Source of the DNA: Octopus vulgaris
Taxonomy: Eukaryota
Assembly: GCA_951406725.2 (NCBI GenBank)
Contig: OX597832.1
Coordinates: forward strand, 1,116,001-1,180,000
Direction: 5' to 3'
DNA: 64,000 nt
Shown here: positions 63,793 to 64,000 of the stretch, one piece after another
Position numbering within the stretch: the stretch's first letter is position 1
Layout of the letters: the number at the start of each line of letters is the position of its first letter
Translations under genes and position numbers: made by a program
Notes under the pieces: generated by a model
Database searches by the model: none
The model's input: the letters and a program-made list of their open reading frames with translations, nothing else
What the model was told of the DNA's origin: nothing

Positions 63793-64000
63793 TGTAACGA
63801 GGATCTGTTATCGATTCACTGAAAGGGTGTCGATATCCGATCTAGTCACATGCAATTTTATAAGACAATACAGACGAAGTCAGGTTGTAGGTAAAAGACA
63901 GCAGTTCGTTTATTTATTGCGATGTCGTACGTGTGTCTGATGGGAGAAGGACAGCCTCTGATGTACAGCTTCTTGTTAGTTTGTTGATGGTCGTTGGCGG
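63793..64000 (-). repeat. 5' LTR (partial)
   Basis: Matches 59325-59532. Confidence 0.93.

Larger units (their letters stand above)
59325..64000 (-). mobile_element. Ty3/Gypsy LTR retrotransposon, CsRn1 lineage (5' LTR runs off the window)
   Basis: Two LTRs, tRNA-Trp-type PBS, PPT gaaggggag at about 59732-59741, CHCC Gag motif CWYH-x9-C-x3-C and PR-RT-RH-IN order. Confidence 0.95.

Overview
Eukaryotic, AT-rich, very repeat-dense animal DNA. It is most likely an octopus, inferred from the SINE/RTE repertoire, long (TA)n arrays and gene structure. The only recognisable host gene is PPM1L (PP2C-family phosphatase, + strand): three coding exons at 12719-12887, 31214-31344 and 35280-35702 that splice in frame, with the first coding exon(s) not found and probably upstream of the window. 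Most of the rest is transposon-derived: about ten copies of one RTE LINE family, other RTE and CR1/L2-group LINE remnants, several Penelope-like element (PLE) pieces including a 2-kb open RT+GIY-YIG ORF, a young CsRn1-lineage Gypsy element, Helitrons, mariner, Tigger, piggyBac and hAT remnants, and tRNA-derived SINEs. There is one 100-N gap. The most unusual signals are (i) a ~250-bp module made of a tRNA-like Pol III head plus a minimal hammerhead ribozyme, which forms the 3' end of a PLE and also occurs alone and as a TSD-flanked inverted pair; (ii) a PHD finger inside the RTE reverse transcriptase; (iii) a variable-copy ~61-bp hairpin array in the RTE 3' UTR; and (iv) several further hammerhead motifs plus a pre-miRNA-like hairpin in a PPM1L intron. 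All calls come from reading by eye, and boundaries of decayed elements are approximate.
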